From Malassezia furfur (lineage: Eukaryota), in assembly GCA_052055015.1 (NCBI GenBank), contig JBQJIT010000087.1: DNA of 32,118 bases; one strand, 5' to 3'. Both the position numbers and the translations under genes were made by a program. Each line of letters starts with the position of its first letter. The stretch's first letter is position 1. Positions 1-10,729 of the stretch are shown here, piece after piece. Under the pieces are notes generated by a model that saw only the letters and a list, made by a program, of their open reading frames with translations, did not search any database and had not been told where the DNA came from.

Positions 1-352
1 TCGAGGCCATGCGTCTTCAGCTGGTTCTGGAAGACTTTGAGGAGGCATTCCTGCTAGTCAACATCACGCACCATCAGCTCGTGCCGAAACACGAGGTGCT
101 CACCCCCGACGAAAAGGCCGAGCTCCTCCAGCGCTAGTAAGTTTCTTGGGCGGGCGCCATGCTGACCACCAGCCGTCTGAAGGAATCGCAGCTCCCACGC
201 ATCCAACAGTCGGATCCCGTCGCGCGCTACTTTGGCCTTACCCGCGGGCAGGTTGTCAAAATCACTCGGCGTACGTCGGCACCGCATGCCCCAGCTAACC
301 TCCAGCATCCGAAACAAGTGGGCGCTATTGCTCCTACCGGATCTGTATGTAA
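1..352 (+). CDS. RPB5: RNA polymerase I/II/III shared subunit RPABC1/Rpb5, 3' part (5' end outside window); introns 137-172 (36 nt) and 271-305 (35 nt)
   Basis: Spliced translation [83 protein letters not shown] is the Rpb5 C-terminal domain. Introns GTAAGT..GCTGAC..CAG and GTACGT..GCTAAC..CAG restore the frame. Stop TAA at 350-352. Confidence 0.96.
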
Positions 353-476
353 TGAATACCTTAGTCTAGGGATCACCCTCACGATCCCCGCGTAGCATTG
401 TATTGCGTCGCACGGAAACAAAAAAAAAAGCAGCGAGCGCATCTAGGGACGAGCCGGATGGTCGTGCGGCCCGGCC

Positions 477-487
477 AAAAAAAAAAA
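477..487 (-). terminator. Pol III oligo-dT terminator of tRNA-Asn copy 1
   Basis: T11 run on the minus strand directly after the tRNA 3' end; a second T-run lies at 420-429. Confidence 0.8.
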
Positions 488-586
488 CGACCCATGCTGG
501 AATCGAACCAGCGACCTTAGAGTTTTGTAGTCGTACACACGACCAGTATTAACAGCTCCACGTGCTAACCACTGTACCAATGGGTC
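488..586 (-). tRNA. tRNA-Asn(GTT) with a 26-nt intron after position 37 (copy 1)
   Basis: The reverse complement folds as GACCCAT/ATGGGTC acceptor stem, D-loop AGTGGTTA, anticodon arm TGGAG-CTGTTA[intron]A-CTCTA, T-arm GCTGG-TTCGATT-CCAGC and discriminator G; 73 nt after intron removal. Confidence 0.95.
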
Positions 587-743
587 AGGCGAACTACTCG
601 TGCGAGCGGAAGTGAGGCTATGACCTAATGGCAGCCAGGCGACTAGGACGGCTGTACACCTGAGGCCCACCCACCGCACTGCTGCGCGTGCCTTTTGGTT
701 TATGCGCATTTGCATGTATTGTCGTGTACGCAAGCGAAGCTAC

Positions 744-1772
744 TTAGAACTTGAACACCTGCTCAGACTTGAAGCCGGCGTCCTTGAGCGCACCCTCGAG
801 CGGGCCCTGGTCGGTCATGCTCTTCTTCGGCGCCGAAATTGCCTTCATCATGGGAGGCGGGCCGCAGACAAAGATCTTGACCTTGTCGTCCAGGTCCGGC
901 GAAGGCAGGTACTTCTTCACGGCGTCGGTGTCGATGAAGCCCGACTCACCCGACCACTTGCTCGGCGGCGTGTCGAGGAAGTGCACAATCTTGAAGCGCG
1001 AGTCGTTGGCGAGCTTGCTCCACTTCTCCGAGAGCAGGATGTCCTCCTCCTTCTTGTTGGCGAAGAGCACCGTCACCTTGGTCTTGTCGTCGGGGTTGTT
1101 GGCCACCTCCTGCACAAGCTGCCAGATGGGAGTCACACCCGAGCCACCGGCGATGAGACCAATCTCCTTGAACTGGTTCGCCTTGTAGGGGAACTTGGGG
1201 TTCGGGCCCTTGAGCATCAGCGTGTCACCCGGCTTGAGCGTCTTGAGGTACTGCGTCATTTTGCCCTCAGGGTAGTGCTTGATCAGCAGGTCAAGCTCGC
1301 CCTGGGTGTCGGGGGTCGAGATGGGGGTGTAGGGGCGGATGACAGGCTTGCCCTTGTCGTCCTTGGGCTCCTCGCCCTCGCCGCGCACAACCAGGCACGA
1401 GGCCACAAAGAGACCCGATTTCTTCTTGTCGGGCAACTCGAACACGTAGATCGAGCTGTCGTGGTTGTAGGGCTTGACCTCCTTCAACTTGAAGGGGCGG
1501 AATTCGTCCGACGAGAGGGCCGCATCGCCATCGTCAGCACGGATCTCGCTGAGCTTCGAGCGGATGTCGCCGTTGAAGCCGCCCATGGCGTACCACAGAC
1601 CGAGACCGGCAACGCCGCCGAGCGACAGGTACAGGCCGGTGTTGCTCGACTGCGCCGGGCTCGACGGGGTCGAGTACTTGCGAGCCTGAGCGAAGGGGCG
1701 CACCGACTGAGCGATAGGCGCACGGGCAGCGCTGCGTGCAAAAGTAGAAACAGAAGTAGAAGGACGGAACAT
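744..1772 (-). CDS. MCR1: Mitochondrial NADH-cytochrome b5 reductase 2 (intronless)
   Basis: Presequence-like MFRPSTSVSTFARSAARAP, a hydrophobic anchor, FAD-binding RPYTPIS, NADH-binding GLIAGGSGVTP, VCGPPPMM and C-terminal EQVFKF. An in-frame upstream ATG at 1841 is considered a less likely start. Confidence 0.92.
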   Translation of the reverse strand: MFRPSTSVSTFARSAARAPIAQSVRPFAQARKYSTPSSPAQSSNTGLYLSLGGVAGLGLWYAMGGFNGDIRSKLSEIRADDGDAALSSDEFRPFKLKEVKPYNHDSSIYVFELPDKKKSGLFVASCLVVRGEGEEPKDDKGKPVIRPYTPISTPDTQGELDLLIKHYPEGKMTQYLKTLKPGDTLMLKGPNPKFPYKANQFKEIGLIAGGSGVTPIWQLVQEVANNPDDKTKVTVLFANKKEEDILLSEKWSKLANDSRFKIVHFLDTPPSKWSGESGFIDTDAVKKYLPSPDLDDKVKIFVCGPPPMMKAISAPKKSMTDQGPLEGALKDAGFKSEQVFKF

Positions 1773-1941
1773 CTTGCCTGGATGGAGACCGTTGGGAGAG
1801 AAGGTGGCCCGGCCGCGGGTTTGCGTTTGTACCCGACGCATGGGCCCTCGGGTTCGCTTACATCATCTTACAGAGCCGCTGACAAACGGTTGGCTAGGGT
1901 CCGCGCAAGGCGAGTGCACGGTCCGGAAGAAACGTTGTAGG

Positions 1942-3894
1942 ATGAGCGGCCGCGGACGGGGCGCCTACTACAAGCAAAAGTATGGACGCGGTGGGAACCG
2001 CGGTGCCGGTGGACCAGGTCGGAACGAGCAAAATGTTTCGCACTCGGGCCCGGAGCTGAAGCGATCGCGGACCGCGGTGCTTGGCGATGCGTCTGACCTC
2101 GAGGCATGGCTCCGACGGCACGACAACCGTCCCTACCCTGCCTACCACGACATCGAAGGGACATGGACGTTTCCCGGATTCACATTTACGCTGGATCATG
2201 CTCAGGCTGACCCGTATGCTGCGCCGAGCAAAGCGCATGTGCGCATCCCTCACGCAACGGCCAAGTTTCCTGCTTCGCTGTACACCTCGCGCATCCGCAA
2301 AATTGCGCTAGCGGACTATGTGTTGCGTGCATTGTACGACATGTGTGTCACAAAGCGGTACAACCAGCACCTTTCCGGAGGCGGATGGTCGGGCGGCAAA
2401 GGCGGCCAGCTCGAGGTGGACCGCCCCGGACAGCAGGTGCTGGAGCGCACCGCCGTGCTAGTCGACGACGAGGGGATCGAGGTGCGTTTCCTCGTGGGTC
2501 TTCCTGCGCGTGGACGCAGCATTATGGGTACCTTTGCGGCGACTGTATGTACGTATGAGGCGCATTGATGCAGTGTGTGAGCATGTCTCTGCGCTGGTCG
2601 CTGCCGTGTACTATGCGCACCATGATGCAACGCATCTGGCGGCGCATGTGAACGCCGTTGAGGACCAGGAAGCGCTGCGCGCCATGCTACCCGCTCACGG
2701 GCTCGTCGGATTTGTGCCGAATGGTGCGGTGCTGGCGCGTGAAAGCGGCGCATCAGACCGCCCGATGACGAGTCCGCCGGCGGTGCGCTTTGAGAGCCCC
2801 GAGTCGCTGCAGGTTACGCTAGAGCTGCCGAACCGCGGTGCGATTACCGGGATGGGGATCCAGAAGCAGGCCGTGTACGTGTGTCTAGGCGGTGGTTTCC
2901 ACGGCAAGTCGACATTCCTTGCAGCGCTGGCGCGCGGTCCGTACAATCACGTCCCGGACGACGGGCGTGCGTTTGTGAGCCTCGTCCCGTCGGCGGTGAG
3001 TGTGCGGTCCGAGGATGGGCGCCCGGTGCGTTCGGTAGACATTTCGCCGTTCATTGCAAACCTGCCTGATGGCAGCGACACAAGGTGTGTTATGTGCTAA
3101 CCGGCAGTGCGTTTACGACGAGCAACGCGTCGGGGAGCACATCGTGTGCCGCCGGGTTCATGGAGGCGCTCGAACTGGGAACGGACGTGGTGATTCTGGA
3201 CGAGGACACCACCGCTTCCAATTTTTTGGTGCGCGACGCTGCGATGCAGGCGCTTGTGCCAAATGAGCCGATCACGCCGCTTGCGGTGCGTGCGCGCGAC
3301 GTGGTGGAGCACACGGGCCTAACGATGGTGCTGGTGTGTGGCTCGTCGAGCGCGTTTTTGTCGGCGGCGGACGTGGTGGTGCAGATGGATGCGTACCGCA
3401 TGCTCGACGTCACGGCGCGGGCGAGCGAGGTCGCGCAGGGCGTGGCGGCGTGTGCGCCGCCGCGCGGGGCGTCGGTGTTTGGCGGCGCACGCGCAGAGCG
3501 TGCCGTGGGGCTTGCATCGCTCGCGGCGCACGGCAAAGTGGCGACGCGCGGCGCGTTCCAGGTACAGTGGGGCGACGAGACACTCGACCTGCACGCCGTG
3601 CCGCAGCTGGTCACGCCGAGCCAGACGCGGGCGATCGAGGCGGTGCTGCGGCACTGGGCGCACGGGCGGCTCGCGCCCGGCGCCGGGCGTGTGCCGCTGC
3701 GGGCGCTGGTGGATGCCCTCGAGGCGCATATGGACAAACATGGGGTGGATGTGCTACAAGACTATGGGCGCCTGGATGGGTTCCTCGCGCGTCCACGGCG
3801 CGTGGATGTGGGTGCAGCGGGTATGTACACGCAACTCACGCCAGTGAATCGACTTCGGCAGGCGCAGTGGGCACAGCTCGGCGCCGACGCGTAG
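1942..3894 (+). CDS. ABC-class ATPase of the 'ABC_ATPase' / trypanosome MRB1590-like family with RGG-rich N-terminus; introns 2549-2573 (25 nt), 3085-3107 (23 nt), 3821-3844 (24 nt, in frame)
   Basis: Family motifs: DHAQADPYAAPS, PGQQVLERTAV, LPARGRSI, VEDQEALR, GFVPNGAVLARESGASDRP, Walker A GGGFHGKST, RSEDGR, DISPFI, NASGSTS, Walker B LDEDT and C-terminal LARPRRVDVGAAVNRLR after splicing. Two GT-AG introns join the three ORF-track pieces. Confidence 0.88.
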
Positions 3895-3938
3895 CAGCGC
3901 CGGCCGCGGCGAGCAGAATTAAGGTAGATTTTGGTGCC

Positions 3939-6900
3939 TTAGCGATTCGGTGAGTCGTAAGGGGTGTCGAAGCGGAGCGCACCGTACGAACGGTTGCGGG
4001 CGTGGGTAGTACGCCCGTCGCTTACCGCCGAGGACGCCGCCTCTGGGGTGGTGGGGTCGAGGGGCACGGGGAAGTCGTGGTCGCCGCCAGGCAGGATGCT
4101 GCCCATGTCCATGGAGCCGCGCTGCTTGGCCACGTCGTCGCCGAGCGGGTCCTGCTCGTTGAGCGAGGCGATCGAGTGGTTCGGGATGCTCAAGAACGGC
4201 CCACGTGTGCGGGGGCGCAGCGGGTTGGCGTTTTCGTCCCAGCCGCGCTGAAGCATGTCCTCCAAATCGTTTTCCGAGAGCATTGACGAAAGGCGGTTCG
4301 TCTGCAGCATCGACATGGGCCGCGTGCTGTCGAGCAGCTCCGGCGGGAGCTGGTTCTCGTCGTAGCCGCCGATCTGGTCGCCCCAGCGGTCCTCGTCGAC
4401 ATCGGTCGAGATGGTGGCGGCGTCGTCGCGGTCGACGGCGACTGTCGGCGGCACCGAAGCCGGCGCGAGGCGGCCGTCTTCGGGCGCAAGGCCCGCGTCG
4501 TTGTAGAAGCCCTCGCCAAACTGGTTCTGGAGCTCCTGGCGGCGCCGCTCGTCGCGGCGCAGCTTGCGGATGCGCGAGCGCTCCCAGTCTTCCCATTGGC
4601 GCTGCGGCACGGCCTTGAGCGAGTCGTGGATCTCTTCGTCGACCGTCGCGGCGCTCTCGCCCTTGATCTCGCCCATGACCTTGCGTGTCTCGCCCCAGGA
4701 GAAGTCGTCAAAGTGCCAGAAGGAGTAGGCCGGCAGGATCAGATTCCACACGGGCAGGAAGATGAGGTAGATGATCAGCCAGCCCACAAACGAAGCCTTG
4801 AGCTGCGACAGGGTGATCACCACACCGGGCAGCACCAGCACAGCGATCAGCATCGTGATGGGAATCGCCGTCGCAAAGTCCTTGGGCGGGTTCACAATGG
4901 ACAGCACAATCAGCGTGTAAGTGAGCGAGATGGCGACCGGCAGCACGAGCGTGCCAATGAGGTCCATGAGCACGACAAATTGCATCGAGAAGCAAAACGT
5001 GCCACACAGGTCACGCACCAACACCAGCTCCATCAGGTTGTGCACGGTCGAGTTGATCCAGCGACGGCGCTGCGAGAGGAGCATACGGAAGGTGTGGGGC
5101 ACCTCGGTGTGGCACACCGCCTGCGGCACAAACACCATCTTACGGTGGGGGAAGGTGCGCAGCAGCATCGTGCTCAAAAAGCGGTCCTCGCCGAGCAATA
5201 GCAGATTCTTTTGGTGCAACGTCGTGACGATCGTCTGGCTGTACTCGCGCAGCACCTCGGGCTTGATCACGACTGGAATCCAGTCGTCGTCGTTCGCCTT
5301 GCGCGCCTTGACGCGGTAGATGCTAAAGCACCCCGGCAGACACGTCACACCACCAAACACACTCTCAAACGCCTTGACCTGGTGGTGCGAAATGAAGTAC
5401 TCAAACACCTGGATCATCGTGACCCAGCTCTGGGCCTTGTTCTCGATCCGCGTCTCACCACACGCGCCCATGATGCGGCTGTCGTTCATCATCGCGTCAC
5501 TCAAATGACGCAGCGCCGGCGGCTCGACCTTGGTGTCGGCGTCGACCATCAGCACCAGTTCAAAGAAATCGGGCGTGACGCCCATGAGTGCGTGTACTTT
5601 GCGGAAAAGGTCATAGTCCAGCGGCGTCATGGGGTCGTCGTACGTAACCCGCTGCAAAAAGTTGAGCAGGACCATCTGCGAGTCGCGCTTGCCACGGTTG
5701 CCGGGCTTCTTATCGTTCGCCTCGCTCGGCGTGCCGCACTTGGCCACAACGACCATGGGCACGGGTTCTCCGCCAGAGGGATCGATGTAGTGCCCGGCGT
5801 AGACAAGCGCCATGTTATGCGCCTTGGTGCCCGAGGCAATCGAGCCGTAGCTCATCGGCATCGGCGTGCCGAAACGCGCGTCGGGGCTCATCAGGCTCAC
5901 ACACACGTCCGGGGTACTGATCGTCTCGCCAAAGCCTGTCACCATACCGTCCGCCACGACAAACAACAGCTGCCGGTTCGCGGGGTAATGCGTTTTGGCG
6001 AGCGACGAGAGCGTCGCCGAGATGCCCTCGACGCCCTCCGAGTAGCACGTCACAAGGCACACCACGTACGGGTTGTTGCCAATGTCGCGCTGCGTCATGC
6101 TCTGCGGCAAATGCAGCGGTGCACCTGCATCCTTGCGTGCGGCGGTAGCGGCGACGAGCGGCGGCGCAATCGTCTTGTTCGCCCACGGCGCGACACCGCC
6201 CGACGAGGCATCCGCGGGGAGCACTTGGTGCGACAGGCGCTTGTTGCGCCGCGCCGCCTCGGTGTCCTCCTTCGCTGGGCGGCGCAGCAGCGCACGCGAC
6301 CCGGCAAAGTGGAACCAGAGCGCCATCGAGGTGCGAGCGAGCACGATGCCGAGAATCACGATCAGCGAGATGTACAGCACGATCTGCGAAATAAAACACC
6401 CCGTAGACAGGTAGTTGATGCGCCCGGCAATGTATTTGTCCTTGAGGCACTGCATCGCGTGCCGCGTCTCGGCGGTGTTGGTAAAGAGGCGCGTCGCGTC
6501 GGGGCCCTGGTGTGCGGCCTGCGCAAAGTGCATGCGGATCGCTTCATCCACCACGTCGCCTTCGATCGGATTGGGGTTCAGGTCGAGGTAGGGCGCCATG
6601 TTGAGCACCGTGCCGTCGAGCGTCATGAGGTTAGTGCCGTTCGACACCTCGTCCCAATCGAAGCCAAGCATGAGGTTCACGGGCTCAATGTTGAGAGTCT
6701 GCGCAATGTTGGGCGACAGCTGGTCCATGCACGGCGCGCGGTGGCCACGCAAGTTGATACACTCAAACTGCGTCGCATACACGCCCGTCTGGCCCAGGCA
6801 CGACGGCACCGAGCTGGCCGCGCGGCTCAAGTACGGCGTGAGATCCATACCAGGCTCCGTCTTCATACGTTGGTAGAAACCTTCGTCATTGAAGCGCGGG

Positions 6901-7424
6901 CTATCGCCGCGGTATACCTGGCCCTCGATCGTGTACATGGCGCCGGCCGATTTGAGCGGCTGGAAAATCTCCTGCGCCGACTTGGGACACAGGCTGCGCT
7001 GCAGGCCGACAGTGATGTATGCGATGATGCCACTCAGCAGCATGGCGAGCAACACAAGCGCCACCTTTTCGCGCCACGCCTGGCGCACCACGGAACTGTG
7101 CATGCCACATGCCGCCAGCACCGAGGGCGGCGCCCAGAAGGTGACGACGAGCGCGGTGTACTTCCACCAACTGCGCAGTGGGTGGCGCGACTTGCTGTTC
7201 TCGCCGAACGGGTCACCCGGCGCGCCGTCTGGATTGAGCAGCGGCGTGAGCGGATGACCGCGTTCTGGGCGCGACAAGGTATGCGCGCGAGCGATGCGCG
7301 AGGGGCGCCGCAGCGGGGGAGGGTGGTCTTCATCGAGTGAGATGGTGGTATCGTCGTTCCCCGCTCCAGGCCGCCGGATAAACGACCGGGCCGTGGAGCG
7401 GTGTCGACCGAGTTGCGCAACCAT
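3939..7424 (-). CDS. Class IV chitin synthase (Chs3-like), apparently intronless
   Basis: WREKVAL N-terminal motif, CLVTCYSEG, KPGNRGKRDSQ, LMVDADT, CLPGCFS, LLGEDRFL, SQRRRWINST, WHFDDFSWGETR; no myosin motor domain. The ORF-track start at 7454 is GTG; the first in-frame ATG is at 7424. Confidence 0.93.
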   Translation of the reverse strand: MVAQLGRHRSTARSFIRRPGAGNDDTTISLDEDHPPPLRRPSRIARAHTLSRPERGHPLTPLLNPDGAPGDPFGENSKSRHPLRSWWKYTALVVTFWAPPSVLAACGMHSSVVRQAWREKVALVLLAMLLSGIIAYITVGLQRSLCPKSAQEIFQPLKSAGAMYTIEGQVYRGDSPRFNDEGFYQRMKTEPGMDLTPYLSRAASSVPSCLGQTGVYATQFECINLRGHRAPCMDQLSPNIAQTLNIEPVNLMLGFDWDEVSNGTNLMTLDGTVLNMAPYLDLNPNPIEGDVVDEAIRMHFAQAAHQGPDATRLFTNTAETRHAMQCLKDKYIAGRINYLSTGCFISQIVLYISLIVILGIVLARTSMALWFHFAGSRALLRRPAKEDTEAARRNKRLSHQVLPADASSGGVAPWANKTIAPPLVAATAARKDAGAPLHLPQSMTQRDIGNNPYVVCLVTCYSEGVEGISATLSSLAKTHYPANRQLLFVVADGMVTGFGETISTPDVCVSLMSPDARFGTPMPMSYGSIASGTKAHNMALVYAGHYIDPSGGEPVPMVVVAKCGTPSEANDKKPGNRGKRDSQMVLLNFLQRVTYDDPMTPLDYDLFRKVHALMGVTPDFFELVLMVDADTKVEPPALRHLSDAMMNDSRIMGACGETRIENKAQSWVTMIQVFEYFISHHQVKAFESVFGGVTCLPGCFSIYRVKARKANDDDWIPVVIKPEVLREYSQTIVTTLHQKNLLLLGEDRFLSTMLLRTFPHRKMVFVPQAVCHTEVPHTFRMLLSQRRRWINSTVHNLMELVLVRDLCGTFCFSMQFVVLMDLIGTLVLPVAISLTYTLIVLSIVNPPKDFATAIPITMLIAVLVLPGVVITLSQLKASFVGWLIIYLIFLPVWNLILPAYSFWHFDDFSWGETRKVMGEIKGESAATVDEEIHDSLKAVPQRQWEDWERSRIRKLRRDERRRQELQNQFGEGFYNDAGLAPEDGRLAPASVPPTVAVDRDDAATISTDVDEDRWGDQIGGYDENQLPPELLDSTRPMSMLQTNRLSSMLSENDLEDMLQRGWDENANPLRPRTRGPFLSIPNHSIASLNEQDPLGDDVAKQRGSMDMGSILPGGDHDFPVPLDPTTPEAASSAVSDGRTTHARNRSYGALRFDTPYDSPNR

Positions 7425-7660
7425 GCCAACCGCGTCGACGTCTCCGGCACGCACAAGGACACAAAAACGAGCCTGGCGCCGCCCCGGGCCCTCCGCGCGT
7501 GCGCACGCGGCCGCAGCGTTTCCTCGGCCGACACCATAGGCTCACGTGCTCGGTGGCGCCGCGGAGGCACGCTGCAGCGCGCGCGCCGCCTGCGCCCCGG
7601 CCGCCGCTGCACGGACGTGGGGGCGAGCGCGACGTTGGGCTCTGTGTGCACTCTGCTTTG

Positions 7661-9281
7661 ATGGACTCCCTCGCGGTGCCGGCGCGTGCGGTCGTCGCCG
7701 TCGGCATGGGCGAGTCATGCACGACCACGACCCAGTACGACGCCGCTGCGGCGCACCGGGACATCCAGCAGCGCGACCGACTCGCGCACGACGTCTACCA
7801 TTCCATCCTCCAGACAGGGCGCGGCGACTGGATTGATCTGATGAACTGCGCACCGCTCGCAAGCCAGTACCACCTGAGCACGTACAGCACGTTCAAGTTC
7901 GGGTTCGGAGGTACGCCACCGATGCACGCACTGACCGCCAGGCGCTCCGTACGCCTACCTGCCCATGTCGCTGCAGCAGCCACTGCTCACAGAGACCATC
8001 CTCTCGCGCCAACGCGAGATCGAGCAACAGGCCTGGTGTTGGCGCCTGCACGCGACCGGCCCAGAGGCCGCCGAGGTCGACGCCGCGGCCGACGCCGTGG
8101 CCGACGCCGCAGCCGAGGCTTCGGCGCCCGACGCCACTTGCGCCAACGGTGCGCCGCCCGCGCCCGACGCACTCCCGCACGATACCCCGCCGCTGCTCCG
8201 CAAGGCGATGCGAGACGCGATCCAGTTGGCATGCATGGACGGCGAACAGCCTTTGCAGGAACCAGCGCCGTGCACCATCAAGACGAGCAACTCGCATCCG
8301 ATCCAGGTGAGCCCCATTCTGCCGCCGAGCATGCTGGATGCTCTCTCGGCTCAGGTGCTTGCGCACCTCCCGCCCGAGTATGCGGAATGCGCGAGCGCCA
8401 CCGACCCCGCGCGCGCCTGTGGCTACGTCCACCGCGGCCAGCGTATCGAGCCGGGCGAGTTTGCTGCGCACCTCTTGCACGCGCTGGAGGACCCCGAGGC
8501 GCATCTTACGGAGCAGGTCCGCGGCGAGCAGCTCATCCGCCTCCCGCCGAGTGTCGCACTCGACGAGATCGCGCGCGAGGCACCTCCGGGGTGCAAGGAC
8601 TGCCCCTCGACGCACCAGCCGGTCGAAGCGGGGCGCCTCGGCAACATGATCCTCTCGTCGTGCCCGGGCAAAAAAGTCCGGCTGAATGGTCCCGAGCGCG
8701 GGCGCGGCAGCGTATGCCGCGACCTGAAAATGGACCTCGCGCGCTACCGCGCGATGGGCGTGCGCGCGATCGTGTGCTGCCTCGACGACGAGGAGCTCAA
8801 GCTGCTTGGGTCTCCGTGCGCCGAGTACGTCGAGGAGGTGGCCTCGCTCGGCCTCGACTTGGTGCGTCTGCCGATCGCCGAGGGCTTTGCGCCGACGGAT
8901 TTGGTCAAGTTTGACATCATGATGACCGCGCTCATCCTCACCTACACGCTACGTGGCGCCTCAATTCTCGTGCACTGTCGCGGCGGTGTCGGCCGCGCGG
9001 GCCTCGTCGCGGCGGTGTGGGTGTTCAAGATGGGCTTTGTGTCGCCGCCGTCGCGCGCGCCGCCACCCGTGGCGTCGCTTGCCGACGCGATGCACGCGGC
9101 GCAGCGCGACTCGGAGGATGTGCTGCCGACCGTGCTGAAGCTCATCGAGGTTGTGCGCCGCCGCCGGAGCCTGCGGGCGATCGAAACGGCGGAGCAGGCA
9201 CGGTTCTTGATGGAGTATGTACGGTTCGTCCACCGCCAGGAGCACGCGCGTCGCTGCTTCCAGCGGTGCTGCAAGGTATAG
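7661..9281 (+). CDS. CDKN3-like cysteine-based (PTP/dual-specificity) phosphatase; intron 7911-7941 (31 nt)
   Basis: GNMILSSCPGKKVRL, CRDLKMDL, CCLDDEEL, catalytic HCRGGVGRAG and RAIETAEQ. Intron GTACGC..ACTGAC..CAG joins the upstream exon (LASQYHLSTYSTFKFGFGG) in frame to APYAYLPMSLQQP. Confidence 0.85.
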
Positions 9282-9282
9282 G

Positions 9283-10729
9283 CTAGGCAGACACATTTTC
9301 TTCCCACGCAATCGCGGCAAAGCTCAGCTGCCGTCAGGTTTGGCGTACGTACCAGCACCAGCAGGCCGCCGACCACGTTCTGCAGGCGCAGCGACGACGG
9401 ATCGTGCACCATACCGCCCAACGCCGCCATGGGGATCGTGAGCGAGAGACCAATCGTGGTGAAGAGTGGTGACGACTTGAGCATCGCCAGAAGATAGGCA
9501 AAGTCGCTGCGTCAGGATCTCGCACGTACCTCACGACGGTGATCGCCATGTTGACCACCACACCGAGCCACATGTTCGCGTCAGACGGCAGCGCGAGCGG
9601 CTCGATGCCCAGCCAGTCCAGCACCAGGCCCACGGGCCAGAACGCCACGAGGTTGAACAGGCCCACAAACCCGAAAAAGAGCGGCATCGAGATCCGGTCC
9701 TCGGACCCGATCCGCACCTTGAGCAGCGTTACGTACACTGCGTAGCCTGCGCATGTCAGTCTCGCCAAATACGCACACAGTGCCGACAAAATCGCTAGCA
9801 TATCGCCCAGCAACGGATTTGGTGCAGCCCCCGCAGACGCCGATGGCGTGCCGTGGTCCGACCACGTCACGAGTGCGACGCCCAGGAAACTGAGCACCAC
9901 CGACACCACTTTGCCCGGCGCAAACGTGTCGGTGCCGACCATGCTTCCGAGAAGCAGTGTAAAAAACCCGCTCGATGCACCGAGCGTCGTGCCACTCGCA
10001 ACGCTCGTGTAGCCCAGCGCCGCGACAAACGACCAGTTTGCTGCAAACCACACAACCGCGAACTGCATCGCCAGGATGCCCGTCTCGACGATCGACAGGG
10101 GCGGTAGATCGGAGGCAGGCACCATGCATACACTGTGCTCTGATACTCCCGCATCGTCGTCCGAGCCGTACGACGACGACACTGAATCGGCCATGAGCTC
10201 CTCGCGCTCCTCGAGCGCACGCACCGTAAAGCTACGGCCACGCGACAGGCCGCGCCGCGCCGGCCGCTTGTGCGGCGCAGGGCCAAGGTCAATGCACATA
10301 TTCAAGTTGCTGCGTGGTCGTCGTCCATCGATCGACGAGGGTCGCGGCGGCGAAGGGTCGATGCCGAGCGCGCCGCTCGGCGCGTGCGGCGCCGGCTCGT
10401 CGAGATGCCCAGCCGCCGCGATCGCGGGGTCGACAGGGTACATCGGCGGCAGGCGGAACCCAAGGCGCTCGTACCATGGCATGCGTCTGCCATCCGTAGG
10501 GACGCGCAGATCGGCACCAGAGATCCACAGACCCACGAATGGGACAAGGTAGGTGATGAACGACGCGGTGCTCAAATATGTTACCGCAAATGGCTTATTG
10601 TAGCCGTGTGTGCTGCGTCAATCACACCACGTACAGCACAGCACTCGCAAGAAAATTGGATGCGGTCCATAGCACGTCAACCAGCAGCACCAGCCCCGCG
10701 CCGACCGCGTACCGATGCGCGTGCGCCAT
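9283..10729 (-). CDS. DMT/EamA-superfamily transporter, SLC35F5 / yeast YML018C-Thi74-like; introns 10613-10634 (22), 9747-9776 (30, in frame), 9507-9529 (23), 9328-9352 (25)
   Basis: The spliced product has LLVDVLWTASNFL, YNKPFAVTYLSTASF, WFAANW..AALGYTSVASGTTL.ASSGFFTL, LSALCYAVYVTLLK, FFGFVGLFN and SDFAYLLAMLKSSPLFTTIGLSLTIP. It ends LSFAAIAWEENVSA* (TAG at 9283-9285). Confidence 0.88.

Noticed and set aside
430..476. 47-nt GC-rich segment between two T-runs downstream of tRNA copy 1, starting GGCCGGGC on the minus strand (7SL-like start) with a small GCCGG/CCGGC stem
   Set aside because: Too short, with no A/B box or further SRP RNA similarity; best explained as spacer before a backup terminator.
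443..733. Short ORFs 443-733 (-) and 18451-18777 (+) sharing the peptide DPLVQWLARGAVNTGRVYDYKTLRSLVRFQHGSFF
   Set aside because: The shared peptide is simply the translation of the duplicated tRNA-Asn gene, not a protein family.
702..1940. 412-aa plus-strand ORF
   Set aside because: Antisense shadow of MCR1 caused by GC3-biased codons; no recognisable motifs.
2549..3107. Apparent frameshifts in the ABC-ATPase (and similar breaks in AVL9, TUB4, CKA1) suggesting pseudogenes or programmed frameshifting
   Set aside because: Each break is bounded by GT..branch..YAG, and removal restores conserved motifs, so these are introns.
5211..7340. 709-aa plus-strand ORF (and 4596-5201)
   Set aside because: Antisense shadow of chitin synthase; its R/H/V-rich composition is typical of reverse-strand reads of high-GC genes.
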